Source: Dudresnaya verticillata (Eukaryota). Taken from it: 64,000 bases of DNA. This document shows, in pieces, positions 61,635 through 64,000 of the stretch. The position numbers and the translations under genes were made by a program. Below the pieces are notes generated by a model. That model worked only from the letters and a program-made list of their open reading frames with translations, ran no database searches and was not told where the DNA came from. The DNA lies in assembly GCA_977862235.1 (NCBI GenBank), contig OZ374562.1, positions 2,604,001-2,668,000 on the forward strand. The letters run 5' to 3'. Positions within the stretch are counted from its first letter, which is position 1, and every line of letters starts with the position of its first letter.

Positions 61635-64000
61635 GTGATGGTAAACTTTTAATGGTTGTTTTAGGTGGTCCCGCTCGGGCGACTTAAAGGCCCATGTGCA
61701 GGCACACCAGGATCAGCTACAGTGGCAGAGGGCTGTCACTGTAGTGTACCCTGGGAAGGAAAAAAGGACAGCGGTGGTGTGTCTATGATTGGGAGGATGG
61801 CGGCGTGTTTAGGGAGGGAAACTCGGCAGAGCACAGGGTGCGGATGGCGGCGATCGTACTGGCAATGGTGTGTAGATCGTCTGGGGTGGCGTCTGGCTTG
61901 GAGAGCAGATGGAGGGCTTGGGTGTGGGTTCGAAGGGTTGCACGTTTGGTAGGGCAGGAAGGGGGGATGGGGAAGGTACCCAAATGCCAGCGGATGGCCA
62001 GCAGTCTGTCGCGGTAGTCGGCGAGTCGCAGGGCCGGCGGGGACACGAAGTCGTGGGGAGAGGAGCGGGGTGGCGCCCTGCCAGGGCTTCCTTCCAGACG
62101 GAATTGCATTGCTGGACAAGGACGCGACGGGGGAGCGGGTTCTGTAGCGCCTCTTGTAATGTCTCATTGGGCACATGGCGGAGGGCACTTAATGTGTCTC
62201 GAGCCTGCCAGGAGGGGCGCGATAGGCGCGGTTGGTGTCGAGCACGACGTTGGAGGGAGGCGATAAGCTTGCGCTGTAGGGCTCGTTGGCGCAGGAGAGG
62301 CGGTTCAATCTGAAAGATCGCGCGGAGCTTCTGTAGCCGGGTACGGGGCATGCGTTCCGACGGCTGCGACAGCACTAGGCGGAAGAATGCAGCATCCAGG
62401 CTGTCCATCGCGGCTTGCGTTTCAGCTGTATAGCTTGCCAGGGTGCAGCCATGCTCGTAAGTTGAGCGCATGAAGGTATTGTATATGAAACGGCAGGCAC
62501 TGGCTGGCATTTTGGGTGATACGATGCCCAGTGCGGCTAGTGATCGAAGATTCTTCTGTGCTGAGCCAACACGAGTTAGCACAGTTGATGTTTGAGCTCC
62601 GTCGGGGGAGATGTCCACTCCAAGGAATCGAGTCGTATCGCGATGGGGGACAGGCTGGCCAGCTACGCGGAACTGCGCAGAGCTACGGCGGCCTCTGTGG
62701 CGGTGTGGGAGCAGCACAGCACATTTCTGTACAGACCAAGTCATTGCGTACTTCTGTGCCCAGTCGTCACAAACCAGGAGGGACTGCCGGAGTTCGTGAG
62801 CCGAATTAACATGTATGAGGCAGTCGTCGGCAAGAAGCCGGCCCGGGGGGTTTGTGTCACGCCTTCCAAGCTTTTCGCACAGATCGTATGCCAGCGCATC
62901 GATAAAAAGGTTGAAGAGGATTGGGTTGAGAGGCGACCCTTGAACCTCCACGGCGAATCTCTGTAATTGTGTTTGTAGCATCTCCGGCGGTGTAGACAGT
63001 CAGCGGGCCAAGCGTTGTCGAAATCATAGCGACGAGGTGCGGGGGGAGCCAGTTGGAACACGTTTGCAGCAGTTTGTGGCGGTAAACTCGATCATAAGCC
63101 CGTTTCATGTCCAGAACAGCAGTGTAGTCGTCGCCAGTTCCGTTGGCCACGATTTTCAACGCAATAGCTATATCAGCTCGCAAGTATCTCTGGAAGCCCA
63201 GCTGCATGTAGTGTGGTGAATAGACTGTGGCCACATAGACTCCCTCGATTTCGTAGGTGATTGCTCTGTCAATAACTTTTCCAAGATGGGAGAGCATAAA
63301 GAGGGGGCGGTGGTTGTCTGGATCTTCAACCGGTCCGGACTTGTGAACAGGAACCAGGACTCCCTCATTCCAGCCAGTTGGGAATATTTCAAATCGGCCA
63401 CAACACTGCCACACTGCAAAAAGCAAGTCAGCACAGAGGAAGAAACAGGGCTTCAGCATTTCCACGTGTGTGTTGTCTGGTCCAACTGTGGTATAAACGT
63501 CTGAAGACGGAACACCGCCGAGCAGTTCGGGGCTCGGTGGGTAGCTGCACCCGTGGCGGTGAGTAGCCTCGCCTTGGGCGGCTTGTGGTAGAGCAGAGGA
63601 CACGCCTTGGGCGGACTGTAGACGCCCGAGGCGGAAAGGAAGGAAAAAGGGAACAGAAAGGAAACACGCCAAGGACGGTGATAGACTTGGAGGAACGGGA
63701 GTTAGACGCTTGATCCGTAGGCAGCGGTAGGGTACGCGCGTGCGGCACGGGGAAGTCTGCACCAAGGCCGGCTTGCCCGGGGGTTTACTGCTACGTCTGG
63801 GACGGCTTACCTAAGTATAGTACGGCGGTGCGGCGGCGGTGGTGCGTGTGCGTAGCGCGGAAACTCGGGACACGTGTTGTCCCGAGGCGCGTCTGACAGA
63901 TCACCCATCGCATGCAGCCGCGCGCCTGACAGGTTGCCGTGCAACCCCCTGTGTGGGTGCTTACACACACACGTGGACGCGTGTGCCTTACAGCTGTGCG
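61635..64000 (-). mobile_element. Non-LTR retrotransposon (LINE), frameshifted reverse transcriptase; probably runs off the window end
   Basis: RT motifs GPDN, VPVHKSG..DPDNHRP, QLGFQ, LDMKRAYDRV, QGSPLNPILFNLFID, LADD, FLGVDI spread over ORFs 62857-63765 and 61809-62981; second frameshift near 62050-62100; 3' UTR shared with 21581-22263. Confidence 0.92.

Overview
Eukaryotic, intron-poor, transposon-littered region, most consistent with a red macroalga (Florideophyceae-like). This is an inference from compact single-exon genes, a triple-malectin protein, copia/GalEa-type gag and CRE/LINE fragments. Recognisable genes: a minimal bZIP, a MOSC/mARC-like protein, a bacterial-type VOC/glyoxalase, a secreted 3x malectin protein, a secreted Cu/Zn SOD, a spliced PHD/ADD-like Zn-finger gene and a GT34-like glycosyltransferase. 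The window is unusually rich in orphan secreted proteins: a 376-aa coiled-coil protein with a basic arm and an acidic arm arranged symmetrically about a single Pro and closed by two Cys; a 6x knottin-like repeat protein; a 5x 98-aa Cys-rich repeat protein; an inverted pair of 136-aa 6-Cys proteins; a 90-aa Cys-rich peptide; and a decayed Cys-rich gene. Mobile DNA includes a frameshifted LINE, a 5'-truncated copy of the same family, three CRE-like 3' ends, a truncated copia element, and a ~174-bp TG...CA element in three independent insertions (4-bp TSDs, one with an empty site in the window) carrying tRNA-like A/B boxes. A ~2.4-kb direct duplication flanks the MOSC gene. All calls come from reading motifs by eye; no searches were run.
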